Positions 24,130-38,453 of a DNA stretch of 64,000 bases are shown one piece after another. The stretch lies in assembly GCA_030704615.1 (NCBI GenBank), contig CM060734.1, forward strand, positions 1,860,001 through 1,924,000. The letters are read 5' to 3'. The notes beneath the pieces were generated by a model that was not told where the DNA came from, searched no databases, and saw only the letters and a program-made list of their open reading frames with translations. Each line of letters opens with the position of its first letter. The stretch's first letter is position 1. A program made the translations under genes and the position numbers. Origin of the DNA: Takakia lepidozioides (taxonomy: Eukaryota; Plantae; Bryophyta).

Positions 24130-26529
24130 TTTTGCTGAAGAAGCAGTAATTGCAGTGGCTCTCTTTGAGCCATGCTGACATTGTCCCCTTCCTCAGAGAT
24201 GTGCATGAGAGCGAGGACATGGAAGTTCCAATCATCACTAGCTACCGGTCTTCCTTCCTAAGTCTCCAAAAAGAAACAGGGCCATCAGGGTTCAGGGTAC
24301 TGGCATGCTACTGTTCAAACTGGTTGACTCCCTACATATCTTTCCCACACCCAGATCGATTATCTAGTTACAAATTGGTGCAGACTGCAGAGCCACTTGT
24401 TTCTGATAGCCTCGTAGCAGCTTGTTGTTTTATTGCACCTCTGTGTTCAAATATAGTGTCCAGAGGAGGGGTTCTAGGTTTAATTTTTCTTCGGTTTCTG
24501 TAATTCTGACTGTGTCCCTGGGTCCTTTGGGTCTCTGACAGACATAGTATCTCTATATCTCTCTCCCCGCCCAAACTGAGCATAGGGTCTATGGCCACAA
24601 GTCTAAACAACATCTTATGAGTACATCTCTCTCTCCAATACTGGAGTGAGCCCCTCACAAAGGTAGTGTCTGTTCCCTTTTGTTCCACCTAAACTGGGCA
24701 CGGGGTCTATGGCAAACTATGTCTTATGAATACATTCTCTCTCCCTCAACACACACACACACACACACAGAATGCTAATTTTCCATTCTTTTGCTTTAAG
24801 ATATGCATTGAAGCTCACCTGTAGGAGGAACTTGGCTGCGATGGATCCAGGTGAGGCTGCTTCACCTTCTTTAATTGCCGGAAATACTAAGAGCAAGAGT
24901 CTTAGGGAGTGAGGCTTTGAGCCTCTGTTTGTATGTGTTGATTTTGTACACATACTACTGCTGTTTTGCACTGGGGTTGAAGGATCTATCAGCTTGTACC
25001 TACATGTTAAGGAGTTACCATTAAGGAACATTCCAACCTGTGCTGTTGGTTCCTAAGATATGAATGTGAGGAGGCAGATCTGTTTGTGAGAAGGGCCTAC
25101 CTAGTGTGCATCTGATTGCCACTTACAACACCTGAATACAAATTTTGCAGTAAGGATTTGTAAAGGGAGGTCTGGAGGCAGATCTGGGTTGAGACATTTT
25201 GGGTGTTTGTTATTAGTTATGAAGTCACCAAGCTCACCCTCCCATCCTTGTGGTTAGGGTGAGGTTACTATGTCAATGGTTGCCAAGTAGGCACCAACAG
25301 TTCAAAGGGGTGAGTACACATAATCCTCACTCACCCTCCCTCTTAAGTAGAGTTGTGTCTTACAAATCTTCTTTTGTATCATGAGCTGTCTATTCTCTCT
25401 CACTCACGGAATGCTATAAAAAGTCTTTCTTTTGCTTTAATTTGAAGCTCACCTGTACGAGGCACTTGCAAAGTTTAAGACCTGGTTTCCTAATGTTGTT
25501 TTGGTTGTCCTGGACCCCATCTCTCGTTGTAAGTTCAAAGCTCCTGTTTCTCTCTTTCTCTGCTTGCTTCAAAGGTCAGTTAGATGACCTTATTGGACAT
25601 CATTGGGATGATGTCTATTTAGGCACTTTTTGAGAAGTGTAAGGGCCCATACTCAATGAAATGTAACTGAACTGAAGCACCTCCTTGGACTTCTTGAGAA
25701 GCCTTTGGAAAGCCAAGGTGGAGGTTATTCCATTGCAGACATGGTGACAGTAATTTCTTGGATATAAATTAATATGGAGTTAGAGTAGGCCACCAAGGAA
25801 TTCAAGCTCCACAAGTTTCAAAATGCCATGGCATGGAAGGACCACTCTGCAGGTCATAGTCCTTATGTACCTACACTGAACTTTGGAGTTCTTAGCTGGA
25901 ATAGCGCAGGGGAATAGTGCAAGATAGTGAGAGATTCAGTAAATATTGCTGTAAAGCTTTGCCCTGCACATACCCCTCCTTGCAAACTGAGCCTGCATGA
26001 AATCTGTGCATTCAGAGTCAGACAACCCATCCTTGGAGCATGCACTGCATAATGCTGATCACTCACATTCTCAACTTGTAACCACTCTCTCTAGCAATAA
26101 ATCAATTTCTCAGAAATAGGGGGCAGATTGATTGTACAGATTTCTATCAACCCATTGTCTGGCTTGCCAAGCCAAGCATTCAATAAGAATTACCTTCATG
26201 CGGGTAGTTCCGTTCATCATCAACTTGGACGATTACTAGAAGGATGGTATGTGGAAACGCCATCACACTTCCAATTAAGACGGTAGTCCCGAAGTAGCAG
26301 CCACTCTTTAGTGAAACGGCCGGACCTCCAGATGAGCTGTCTGGCGAGGAGGGTGCGAGGAGGATTGTGGGTGCGCAGGTGCAGGATGCTGCATGCAAAG
26401 CAGATGGAGGGGCTTGCAATGTGGTGGAGATAGCTCTGATTTGTGGAGTTGAAGGGGATCGGACTTGAGTCTGTCCTTCTTGGGATCCTTTCTGGTGCGG
26501 CAGCACATAGTTTTCAAAGCAAGAGAAAG

Positions 26530-29500
26530 ATGCATCCCAGGCAACGGGCAGCTGGGTTCAGATCGTCTCGTAGTCCACCTGCGCCTTCGCGGTATCAGTC
26601 AAAGGCGCGAGATTTTGAAACTTCGAGGCCCCCAGATTGGGATTTCACTCGGGTTGCTGATCCACCGGGCTATGGGACCTCGAAGTATCTCCCCATAAAC
26701 CCTAGAGAAGCTTTCGACGACCCAGGGGATCGAGTGGAGGAGAGCATGAGGAGGGAAGCACATAGGTTGGCCGCTGAATACTTTGCATCGAAAGGTCTTG
26801 CTTCAGAGAAATTGGCAACTAGAGGAGGCCGAGCCAGTGATGTGCCAGACAAATTTGCATCATATCTAGATCCGAACCCTGCCACCACTGCTCTATCCGA
26901 CCCCCGGAGGCTGGTACGTGAAGATGGAGGGGATCGTGCGACGCAGTTTCGCAGTCTGTATAGCGATCCTGATGATTTTTATCCGGAAAGCAAGTATCCG
27001 TCATATCGACAGTCCGAGAAGCATTCCTACGATGACAGTAGATATTCTAGGCCGCTTGTGCTCGAGTCTAGAAAGTTTGACAATCCGTTGGCAGGCAGGG
27101 ATGCGGCACCAAGGACACACTTTGAGAGTCTGACGAAAGACCCCACAGTCGGTCTAATGGGCAGCACGAGTATGTATGAACATTATCTGCGCACAGGGGC
27201 ACTGGGAGGTTCCTCTCGTGAGCTCCTAGGGAACGATGGAAGGGAGCCTTCCACGTACAATCTAAGCTCAGACTATGACGCATACCTCCCTCAGAAGGAA
27301 GCGAGACAACCACAAAGAGAGCGGGGGAAAAGGCCGTACGATGGTGAAAGGAAGGGCGGTGGCCATCGAAGGAATGATGGGTTTGGGGGCAAGCGAAGGA
27401 ACAGGTCTCTGGGGACCTACGACAGTGGTGACACCCACAATGAAACTGGGGTCAAGGCTGCATTTCCCGCACATCATCCAGCCTCGTATATGACAATGCT
27501 CGAAGTGGACAGTGCCAGGAGGCGTGGGGATCCTGACTACAGGCTGGAAGATTACGACTTTACTGACAGTGCTGCTGGAACCCTCTCTCACGAAGAACTT
27601 GGAAGGCATGTGGCCCAGAGCATGGGCGTGAGAAGAGAAAGGCTCCAGGAGCGAGCAGGATTTCAAGGTGGGAAGCGGACTGTTCTCAATTCTCAGTTTG
27701 TGGAGGACCTTTCTAGAGGGAAGGATGAGTTCCGGGATCGAGCGCCGGGAAGTACGGGAGGAGGTCTAGGTGGTCGGATTCCACAGACTTTGGGTTATCT
27801 TGGTGAGAGTGAGAGGGCTTTCCTCCAGTTGGACAGTGAAGGGAATTCCCGTTCTTTCAGTGGTCGAGGGGAGAGGCTTCTGGAAGGATCCCCTAGTTTT
27901 GAAGTCGAGGGTGCTCACCGAGCTCTGACAAGGTTGCGGCCTCCTCCCTCGCTTGAGGACAACAGACTTGAATCCATGAGGTTTAATTCAGACACTGGCA
28001 ATTACAGGATTGCTAGTGGGAGTTTGGTGGATAAGGACAAGCAGCTCTATCCCTCCTTTGAGAGAGACCGAGTACGAGTGGGTGAGGCAGAATCTCTTGT
28101 GCACAGCACTTTTGAGAGGTACAGCTTTGACTTAATTTTTTCTCTCCTTCCAATCTGCAGTACCCTTCGATGCGTGAAATGGATGAGAGGCTGATTGTTC
28201 TGGGGGATGAATAGTAAGGCGACTGGGCTGTGTGTGTATCTGATATTTCTGGTCTGTTTTCTAGGCCTGACACAGGTTTAATGGATCCAGTGGCAGGTAT
28301 GAAGTTGGTAAGGGAGATGTTGCTGATATATATGGGGAAGGTAGTATTGCTGAGTCAAGGCATCCATCATACAGAGACCCGCCAGGGTTCTCATTAGGGG
28401 CTCACCACCAATCAAATGCATGGAGGCAAAGAAATGGTGATGTATCAGGAATTGGTCAGCCATCTTCACTTCAGGATATTAATAGGCATGGCAACCTTCA
28501 ACATGACAACCTTGCTTCAATGAGTCAGCCAGGGTGTACTCCAGCTGCTTTCAATACTCGCCAGTCAGCCTCACATGTTCAGAGGGATCAGTTCACAGGC
28601 AAGAGACCTTCGACGTTTGATAAGCGAAGGCTAGATTTTGGAACAAGAGATCGGAAGAGGCTTTCTAATTCCCCCCGCAATACGAGGACCAGTGCCCGGG
28701 GTATGCGTCCTAGAAAGTTCAAAAAGTGGCAGAAAGGGCGTGAGTTTCCCGAAAGACCTGGGAGTGCTTCACAAGCAGAAGAACTCTTTCGCATGCATAA
28801 CCAGAGGGCTCATAAACCTTCATTTGAGCAGGAGATCCCTGAAAGCAAAGCCAGTGGCCCACATCGTATCCCCTCCCTACGTGGTCCGTCCCCAAAAGAG
28901 AGCAGTAGCAAAGATGAAGACTCTGACTGGGATGCTGGTATGGAGGTGAAACCAGCAAGTGTGCTGCAAAACAACAGCGGGCCCTCGTGGGCTGAGCCCT
29001 CACAGCAATCACACCCAGACTGGACGGCTTTCAATGGGGACAAGGCTGGGCCATCTGATTGGAATGAGAAAGGGGAAAAGCAGGATTCTGCACCACGTAC
29101 AGAAGATGAGAAAGAGCTTGATGCACTGTTGCGTGTGCAGCAGGTGGCATCTGTCAGTTCACGTCAATTTTTGAAAGAGATATCTGAGGATGATGATGAT
29201 GATGATGAGGATGGGGATGAGGATGATGTCTACAACGACGAGGATGGTGAAGTGGGCTCCTTGATGGGGGATTCACTGGCCTCAGATGATGAGGTACTGG
29301 ACCAAGATTCTGGAATGGACACCAAAGAAGAGGAGGGGAATGAGGTTGGGTCAACTGAGGTGTCTATTAAGAGCAAAGAGGAGAAGGCATACGAGTACTT
29401 TGTCAAAGTATTTGAAGAGAATGGGGATTTGCGGAAGTTGTACGAGGAGCAACGCAACTGTGGTAGCTTTGAGTGCCTTGTGTGTGTTGGTGACGGTGCT

Positions 29501-30615
29501 AGGTGAGTTCCTCCTAGTATTCAATTTGGGAATGTCTATGATGCAACTCAAATCTGTATTGCTAATATAAATTTTGCAGCATATAAATCTTGGTTTTATT
29601 AGTCATCTTATTATTGGACACTACTTTCTGTCAATCTTCCCTGGTGGTTTGCAATATACAAGATTGTTGCTGTAGCCTTGTATGATACGGGGAAGGAATA
29701 TACTTGGGTAAATTTGAAGCAGTGTTATCCCTCCATTTCCACCCAGAATTCGAGAGAACAGGGCTCTGCTACATTTATCTACAGCCTACCACATTATGTT
29801 GTTATTGGAAAGTGGCAAGGCTGTGAGAAGAGGAAAGGGTTGATGGTTGTGTTGCAGGGCTAAGAAGAAGTTTCCAGATGTAAGTGGCTTGGTGCAGCAT
29901 TCAACGAAAATCTTGAAGACCAAGAAGCTTTCTGAGCACCGTGGGTATGCACGCGCCATATGCTATGTATTGGGCTGGGACCCACTGGGCCCTCCACAGC
30001 CGGCCGCTCGTGTTGGATTGCTGGCACCCAGGGGTTGCATTCCAGTCATTGAAAACCCCCCTCTGCCTTTGGAGACACCTGCGACGAAGGTGACATCATG
30101 TGCAATCTTTCTTACTGTCTCTGCATGTTTTTGATCAGGCAGACTCGTTTCCATGTGCTCTGGCTGGTTGTGGTTGGGTCCTTCATTATTTTCTGATTTG
30201 GTTCCTGAATCGTCCAAGACACCATGAATGTCAATCCAAACCATGCGATAAATTTGACAGCTCCTGCAAATGTGAAAGAATGTGTAATTTTAGCTGAACA
30301 CTATGCAATTAAGAACAATTATTACTTTGGTAGGGAGGCCTTCATAGGCGGGCCATGAGCTTTCTCCTTGTGTGCGGTTGTTACCTGGTCTTGTTTCGGT
30401 TTTGTACGTACTGTTGTGAATGCATGACGCAGTCCATAGGTACTGCACAAACCCCTTCACAAATGAGGCCTTTTGGAACTTGGGCAGGGAAGTGGAGGAG
30501 CAAAGTGGCTAAGATCTATTCCTGGTGGGTCTTGCAGGAAGATGATACTGGAGTTGAGAGCCCAAGTGCAAAACACACAAAAGTCACCTCAGAGGCAGCC
30601 CCCGTGGCAGAGTAA
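26530..30615 (+). CDS. Large low-complexity protein with acidic tract and C-terminal CxxC…H…H zinc-finger-like domain, 4 exons
   Basis: Phase-consistent exons 26530-28118, 28276-29502, 29858-30089, 30538-30615; conserved-looking FECLVCVG…FPDVSGLVQHS…KKLSEHRGYARAICYVLGWD. Confidence 0.8.
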
Positions 30616-33600
30616 CACATGGAGGTACGTTAAGTTTTTCATGTTTGAACTGCTATGGAGGCTTCCATACTCCTACTCTCTCCCTCTTTTATGGTTGTCC
30701 TACATTCGATCATCATCGGTTAATCAGAGTTCCTATCGTTGAGCTCCCTGTGGAACTCAAATGTGGATCGATCCCTTCATTGGAGTCCTGCTTACTCTTT
30801 TCTCTCTACTGACTGCATTTCCCTTTCATTCATTTCTAGTGGGATATGCCAATATTCACGATCCTTTGAAGCAGCAGGACTTTTATTCATGTCCTTTTAG
30901 GACCCAGGTGAATCGGCCCATTTGGAACATGGTGTCTTTCTCAGACCTGCCAATTAGCAGCGCATTGGTTCACGAAATATCACGTACTTCGTCTGTGGAT
31001 GGCATACGGAACTGGGGTTATGATACTCCCTTCCAATTCTGGAATCCCTATTTGTTGAGCTATGGTTCAGCAGTTCACTTCTTAATCTCATGTTCTTTCC
31101 TCTCCTCATCGCAGCAACAAATTGGATAACCTTTTGTAGAGCCAGGAAGTGCTGAATTGGGGAAGCGCTTATGGCAGGAATGGAGACCTGTAGCATATAT
31201 CCCTGTGCTGTTGACAGGCACATAAACCCAACCCAAGCCTGGCATTGTTGCCCAGGATGCAAAGGCAAATTGCTACAGAACAACATCGGCAATGCAACCC
31301 CTGAGACTGCACATCTCTCAACCACCCGCCTCTCGTTATTACTCCTTCACCTCAGCTATTTTGTCCATTTTGAAAGCTTCTTGTCAGATCTCAAGATGTC
31401 TCGTGTTACTGCTGCAATTTGTGATCACCTTGAAAGTGGATCCCATTTTTACTGATCCATGGCGAACTTTGGAGGTATCTTAGCCTTCATGGCCTTGGCA
31501 TCTAAGTCTCTTCACGGTTTTGTACTCAAATTTACACATAATCAACTTCTCCCTTCGTATACGTCAAAACCGCCTTCTTGACACCACCTGCATTGTGGTT
31601 CTATCTTTTTTGGACTGTAAGCCTACCTCTTCCTTGCACCTTACTGCATTTAGATCACACTTGCGTGGCACCAAAGGCGTTGGGGGGATGCCTTCTCTTC
31701 AAGAGGCAGGTCAAGTGTGGGGTACATGGTTTCCGAAACATTGGATTGTTCAGTCTCAACCACATTTTTTGTAGCCTTCTAGCAGGTACCTGCCACCCTA
31801 TTAGGACGTTACCCGAGCTTTCTGAATTCTGTGCCTAGTTATGAAGGAATGTTTTCTTCGGGGAGTACTTTCTGCAATTGCACGGAGCAATGCCAGGAGA
31901 TCGCAGCTTGAAACACGTCTGGAATGAGCTGCACAAGGGAAGTGGTTTCCTTTTTGTATTTCCTTACATGTCAAGAATGATGGTATCAGTCTTGAAGTAA
32001 GAGCAACCATTGAGAACTATTCTTGGTAAAACCAACTGTCCTGGTTTTACCTTGATGAGAGGTTATGGAGAAAACCACCTCCTCCCTTCATAAGTACTCT
32101 ACATGGCAGAATTGGCAGGTTTCACGACTCTGCCCAAGTGCAACCCTAATGCCTTCTTGGAGTACTTTCCTCAGTGTGCTCACTTTCTTTCCTATGTATT
32201 ATCGGGAGTTCTCTCAAAGGCAGTAAGAGAGTTTCCTGTCTAAAAGGTTTTAGGAGATACCCCCTTCATTCTTTGTGCTTTCATATGGTGGCAGACACTT
32301 ACACGGGGACACCTTGGCTTTGCTGCTCACCGATGATCCCACACCAATACTGTATTTCAAAGGGCATGCTCAGTTTCTGAAGCTCTGCAAGTGGCACTGA
32401 TAGTGTTGGTTACACTCCTCACTACACTTTTCCCTTTCTCCCATCTGGATTTCTTATTCGACTGTTCGTTGGCGCCTTCTGAAAGACCCATAGATCGGGG
32501 TTGTATCTCACTTGCATCCCATCTCCTATTGATATAGGTTAGTGGGTCTCCTATGCAGCGCTATACCCTGAAGGCTGGAGATGTGGAGTCGGCCTCCCTG
32601 GTATGCTTGAGGGGGATATTTGTGGGGGACATACTCCAGAGGAACAGTACATCTACGCAACAGAAAGGAACAAAGCTTTCGGGTGGATATTCTGTATACG
32701 ACTGTAAGATAGCCTGTGATTACGCTAAAAATTTTAGATTCCCTCAAATTTTGATCCTTTGGCCAAAATCCAAGAGACCTGGTAACCTGGTGGCAACTTA
32801 TTGACACTGCCCTGGTGTGAACTGTTGAGCTATGAGTATCTTATTTGGGCTTAGAAAGTTACTAGCTCTCTGAAGAGCCCAAGATCTTGGTTTTCAACAA
32901 GCTTGACACTACCTGTTTGTGACTGCACTTGACTGATTTTGGCCAACATCTAGGCCAAACAATGCTGCACCAAAATGGTTGACAACAATTACCGCTTCAG
33001 TCAATTTTTCTTGTAGTTTTACTCAAGCGGAAGAATGGGATATGTACCCTGCTATGACGTGATTTTTTGTGCCACAGGAAACCTTCCGGCAGTCTTCATG
33101 GTGGAAACATGTCTTCCTTCTTTCCCAATCTTTTTCTATTGCTGTTGCAGACTTTTAGATCAAAAGGTTGCCTCCAGTGAGTACTTCAATTTGTAGCATT
33201 TGTGTCCCACGGCTGTTAGGACACACATATCTTGTTCTCAGACCCTCCAGTACCAGTGCCCAGGATCTTTCATGCCCAATGGTATTCGATTGCACGCACT
33301 CACAAAAAGGTGTTACCATCATTTGAGATCATAACCAATTGCCTATGCTTCACATTGCATACAGTTGAAACAGGAGGTTCTCCGTTGCAGAGCTTGAACA
33401 ATTAATATGGCCCATTTGGATTACCATTCTCCTAGTGATTGCAGCATCACATCCCAACTCGTCAGCTTAGGCACGTAACTGTGATATTGTGGCATGTGTG
33501 GGAGTGTCCAGCTCTCACTAAAAAACATAATTACACTGACTAGGGGTGTTAGATCCACAGCCTAAAGAAAGTGATAACAAAAAGAAGAGGAAGTTGCCTT

Positions 33601-35948
33601 TGTCTTGGTGGCTGTAGTTGCAAACAGTTCAACCTCTGATCTGAAGACAACCCTGGCACCCTAGGGCAAATAAAAGAACTCCAAGGCTTCATCGCAGCTG
33701 ATTGCATTTTGCTTCTGGGGCTCCTGCAAGCTTTGGTACCATGCCCTGCCATTTTCTCATCATGGATTGAGAAAAAGCCTGCAAAGATACTTAATAGGTT
33801 GTAAATTAAGTTTCTAACCAAGCACATAAGCTTTGCTGAACTTGCAAGTCCTGTTGTTACCTCAGCAATTTCCGAGTCTCAAATTGTGAATGGTGTTTTG
33901 TTACACCATGCAAGAATTTTGTTGAGCATAGGAAGACTCATATTTTACTAGCTGTCTTTGTGGTTTGAGAGTAGGAAGACTTGATCATGCTCTGCCAAGA
34001 ATGTTTTCCTCAGATTATCACTGGCAAAATCCAAATATGTCCCACACTGCATCGTCAAACTAGGATGCAGTTTATTGAGGATGTTAATTCAGACTGTCAG
34101 ATCAGAATGGTTCATGATGTTGATTGCTTGTATCTTTTATCAAAGATGACAAAGGGCCTGGGATTGAATAGTTAATGCCATGTTTTGAGCAAGGACAAGG
34201 TGGACCTTGCACACATGCATTAAACAAAGGCAGAATGGATGGTATCAAGTGCTACACATGTTTTAGGATGGTTGATGCCTTGTGCAATGTGTTGCAATGC
34301 AAGGTAGGTATGTTCTCATCTAGCAAATGTCTCATTTCTGTGCCAAGAGAAAATAAATGAGTGATGCACTTTGTATCTAGCATAGAGGTTCACTGTCAAG
34401 TAATTTTCAGCTGGTCCACAGACTGGAGGGCCAGTAGACTGGTCTCATCCAAAGTGATACCTTCATTATCAGCAAACACTCTGCCTTGTGTGACTACTAT
34501 CTTATTTGGATTTAACCAAACCAAGTGCTCCTTTATCTCCAAAGGTTGTGCTCCAATCATTCACTCTTAACATGATGGGACAAGATTCTGTAATTCATGG
34601 CAAGCAGGTGAGGTGCAGAGGTCGCAAAACATTCAGACTACAAGTGTGGGCATGAGAAGGGTTGGTGCCTATTATGGGCAGCGGTCTCTTACATGTCCTT
34701 GATGCCGCCATATATCTTCCTCTCTCTTTCAGGAAATCATCTTAGATTACTATTTTCCTAATCTCCAACCCCCTCACAATTGAAGCATCTAACTACAGCT
34801 CTTTATCTCAACTTGAGCAGGTCAAGGAGCTGAATGTGTACCCCCGAGAAAATTAGAAATTTCACCTTGGTTCTGAGGGATTACATTGGATGGATCCTTT
34901 GTCACAAACTCACCAGAATCCGAAAAAGCTGCCTAGCATGTTTCTTCTTGTCATGGTGCACAAACACCAGCCGCCAATCACTTGTTCACGCTGCCCCAGC
35001 AAGAGCAATAGGGGAGGCATCGAAGCAGATCACAGGACAGAGAGGGAGGCTTCAGTCCCAGTATGTAGCACCATAACAAATACTCATGAATCACCTGTCA
35101 AAAAAAAGCCTAGCTGACTGCTTTTCTTCGACAGGACGCCAGTTAACCTCTGTATCAAATTCAGGCGAATCCGACCAGTAGCACATTGTGCCCTCTCCAC
35201 TGGGCAGGCAGCTGGGAAGCCAAGATGCACTCATTTGGCACAGAGCTTCTGCATAAGAGCCCTTGAATACAAGTATTCTGGGATTTGCGATGGATTTGCG
35301 GCTCAAGTGTCTGATCCCTTCCAAAGTCTGCAAGATTTATAATCCGGCCCTTTTAGCTACAATTAGGATATTTGGATTATATTCCTAATCCACTGAATCA
35401 CTCCTAGATGTCATCCATTACAGCCAACCCAGCTCTTAAAGAAAAGATCATTGGATTATTTGGTCAACTAATGTGTGGATAACTGAGGCTTTCAAGTCCT
35501 TGGGAGAGGCTGTTTCCCTGGTTATGGTTGTTAGAGGGTGTCCATATTCCCAACAGAAGGCCCAACAGTAGCTCCTTTCAGGGGTGAAATAACACCATAA
35601 TCCGCGCTTCGGTCTTGGGACTGACTCTGCTAGTGTGAACTCTGTGAAGTCCACAGAAAATCACCCTCTTCATATTCAACGTCCTTGATGCTTTGAGAAT
35701 CCACATAAGTCCAAACCCCCAAACATGAAGCACTATGTCGTTTTCGTCTGCAACCTGTTAACAATCCTATACTAAGGTTTTAGCGACATCAATGTTGTGG
35801 TTCCATGATCATCCATGCGTAGTGATCATCGCTGTTCGCAGCATACAGAAAGTGCAGACCTGAGTATGGCCCGACTTGTTCCTTCCAACTTCGCTTAAAT
35901 ATTTATGACAAGATCAAAGGCTTTCGGAGTGTACACGTTGCATGTTTT

Positions 35949-38453
35949 TTACCAATAATCTCCACAAGAACAAACCCCATCTTGGAAATTGTGGAAGTAG
36001 TTGGCATCCCGAACCACAATTGTGCACCCAACAATCTTTGAAATGAACTTAGTTGCGGTGTGGCAATCACCACACACTCAAAGGTTCTTGATGACACGGA
36101 TAGGCGTCCCAAGGGGCATGGCGATGAGCCCATAAGCTATAGCAAGCTTCTCACTGTGGTGATAAAGGGACAATTCCTTTCGATCCTCCTCTACATCATG
36201 CAATACAATGCGTGTGTCAGGCAGGTACCCAGCCTCCTTCAGCTGCCCAGCTACTCTCTTCAGCTCAGCATGGATTTCCTCAATTTGGGGATGCAATTTG
36301 TCTTCTCCAATGAATGTATGCAGTTGGTTGTTGACCTTATTGCAGCTCTGCCCTGGCTCCGTTCTGACACCTGTCCTCCATCATTTTCCTCACCTTTGCT
36401 TTGTCATCCCACCTACCTGCTGCAGCATAGATGATGTGGGTCACACTTGAGAATGCTCTTTGCCGCACGTTCCGCTACCTCCAAATCACCATGAATTCTA
36501 GAGGCACCAAACAAAGCCCTCCACACCCCAGCATCTGCTTTGATTGGCATTCTGATAATAAAGTCCTCTGCCTCAGCCAATCGCCCTGCACGGCCAAGAA
36601 TGTCCACCATGCAGCCAAAATGCTCCACCATAGGACTGAGACCATGGTCTTGGACCATGGATTCAAAGTAGTGTTGGCCTTCTTCCACTAAGCCTGCACG
36701 GCTACCCGACGAAAGAAGAGAAGTGAAGGTGATGCCATCCGGCTTCAAGCCCTCTTGTTGCATTTGTTCAAATAGTTGGAGAGCCTCCCTACCACACCCA
36801 TGCTGGGCATATCCTGCAATCATTGCACTCCATGAGACAGCATTCCGTTCAGTCATATTGTCGAATATTTTACATGCATTCTTCATGCTCCCACATTTTG
36901 CATACATGTCTGCAAGGGCAGTCTCCAAACTAACACATTTTGCAGTGCCAGCTTTGATTATGTCAGCATGGACATCTCTGCCCTTTTCCAGGGCACCTAG
37001 GCTGGCACACACATTGAGAACGCAGAGGAATGTGACCCTGTCAGGTGTCACCCCTTCACATTGCATTTGCTCATAGAGCTTGAAAGCCTCCCTACCATGT
37101 CCATGCTGGGCATATCCTGCCATCATCACACTCCATGAGACCACATTCCGTGTAGCCATGTTGTCAAAAACTTGCTGTGCATCCTTCATGCTCCCACATT
37201 TGGCATACATGTCAGCAAGAGCAGTCTCCAAATTAACATATGACACAATTCCAGCCTTAATGATGTCGGCATGGACCTCTCTGCCCTTTTCCAGGGCCCC
37301 TAGGCTGGCACATGCATTGAGAATGCAAATGAATGTGACCCTGTCTGGGGCCACCTGTTCCTGCTGCATTTTCTGATAGAGCTCGAAGGCCTCCCTACCA
37401 TGCCCCTGCTGGGCATATCCTGCAATCATCACACTCCAAGAGTCCACATCCCGTTTAGCCATATTGTCGAACAGTTGACGTGCATCTTCCATGCTATCAC
37501 ATTTCGCATACATGTCAATAACAGCATTCTCCAACTGAACAAATGACGGAATTCCGGCTTTGATGATATCGGCATGGACTTCTTTGCCTTTCTCCAGGTC
37601 TCCTAGGCTGACACATGCATACCCTGTTAGGTGTCACCCCTTCCCGTTGCATTTGCTTATAGATCTCCAAAGCCTCCCTCCCAAACCCATGCTGAGCGTA
37701 TCCTGCGACCATCGCACTCCATGAGACCACATCACGTTCAGCCATATTGTCGAACACTTGGCGCGCTTCCTTCATGCTTCCACATTTCAAATACATGTCA
37801 ACAAGGGTATTCTCCAGAATGATATCTGGTGCAATTATGCTTTTGGCGATATCAGCATGAACCTGCTGGCCCTTTTTAAGGGCACCAAGACTTGCACATG
37901 CATTGAGAACGCAAGTGAAGGTACCCCTGTCAGGCTTCACCCCTTCCCGTTGCATTTGTTCATAGATCTCGAACTCCTCCATACCATACCCATTCTTGGC
38001 ATATCCTTCTATCATTATACTCCAGGTAAACAAAGTTCGTTCTTGAATTGTGTCAAACACCCGGCGCGCATCCACCAGGCTCCCACACTTGCCATACATG
38101 TTGATAAGTGTATTGAGTAGCAGGATGTTTGGCTTGAACCCACTTTGATTTATGTGTGTGTGCACCTGCCTTCCCTCTGCTAAATCCTTCATCTTGATGC
38201 ATTCCTTCAAGAGATAGATGTAAAAACTGGAGTCTGCCCGAATGCCTTGCTGGTTCAAATTGTGCGATCCCTCTTTGAGACGTACTGCCTTAAAAAGTGT
38301 CCTCACATACCCACAAGTTGCAGAAGCGTTCTTGTTGACTCCTCTTTCAAAATCAGTGGAGATGGTGGAGGTGTTAGAACCAGTGCAAATAGGTCCAGCA
38401 TCACACGAGTGTAGGTACCTCTGGAGAGGATAGAAACAGGGCATGGTTTGCAC
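35949..38453 (-). pseudogene. PLS-class PPR protein with E and DYW domains (C-to-U editing factor), disrupted
   Basis: Repeated P-L-S motifs (DMYAKCGS…VVSWSAMIAGYAQHG), E domain, HHSEKLA, CGDCH, CSCGDYW-stop. Deletion frameshifts near 37620 and 36430; TGA in place of Arg at 36078-36080. Confidence 0.95.

Noticed and set aside
31000-35700. Possible decayed transposase or gene remnants
   Set aside because: Short ORFs with no motif I could identify reliably.
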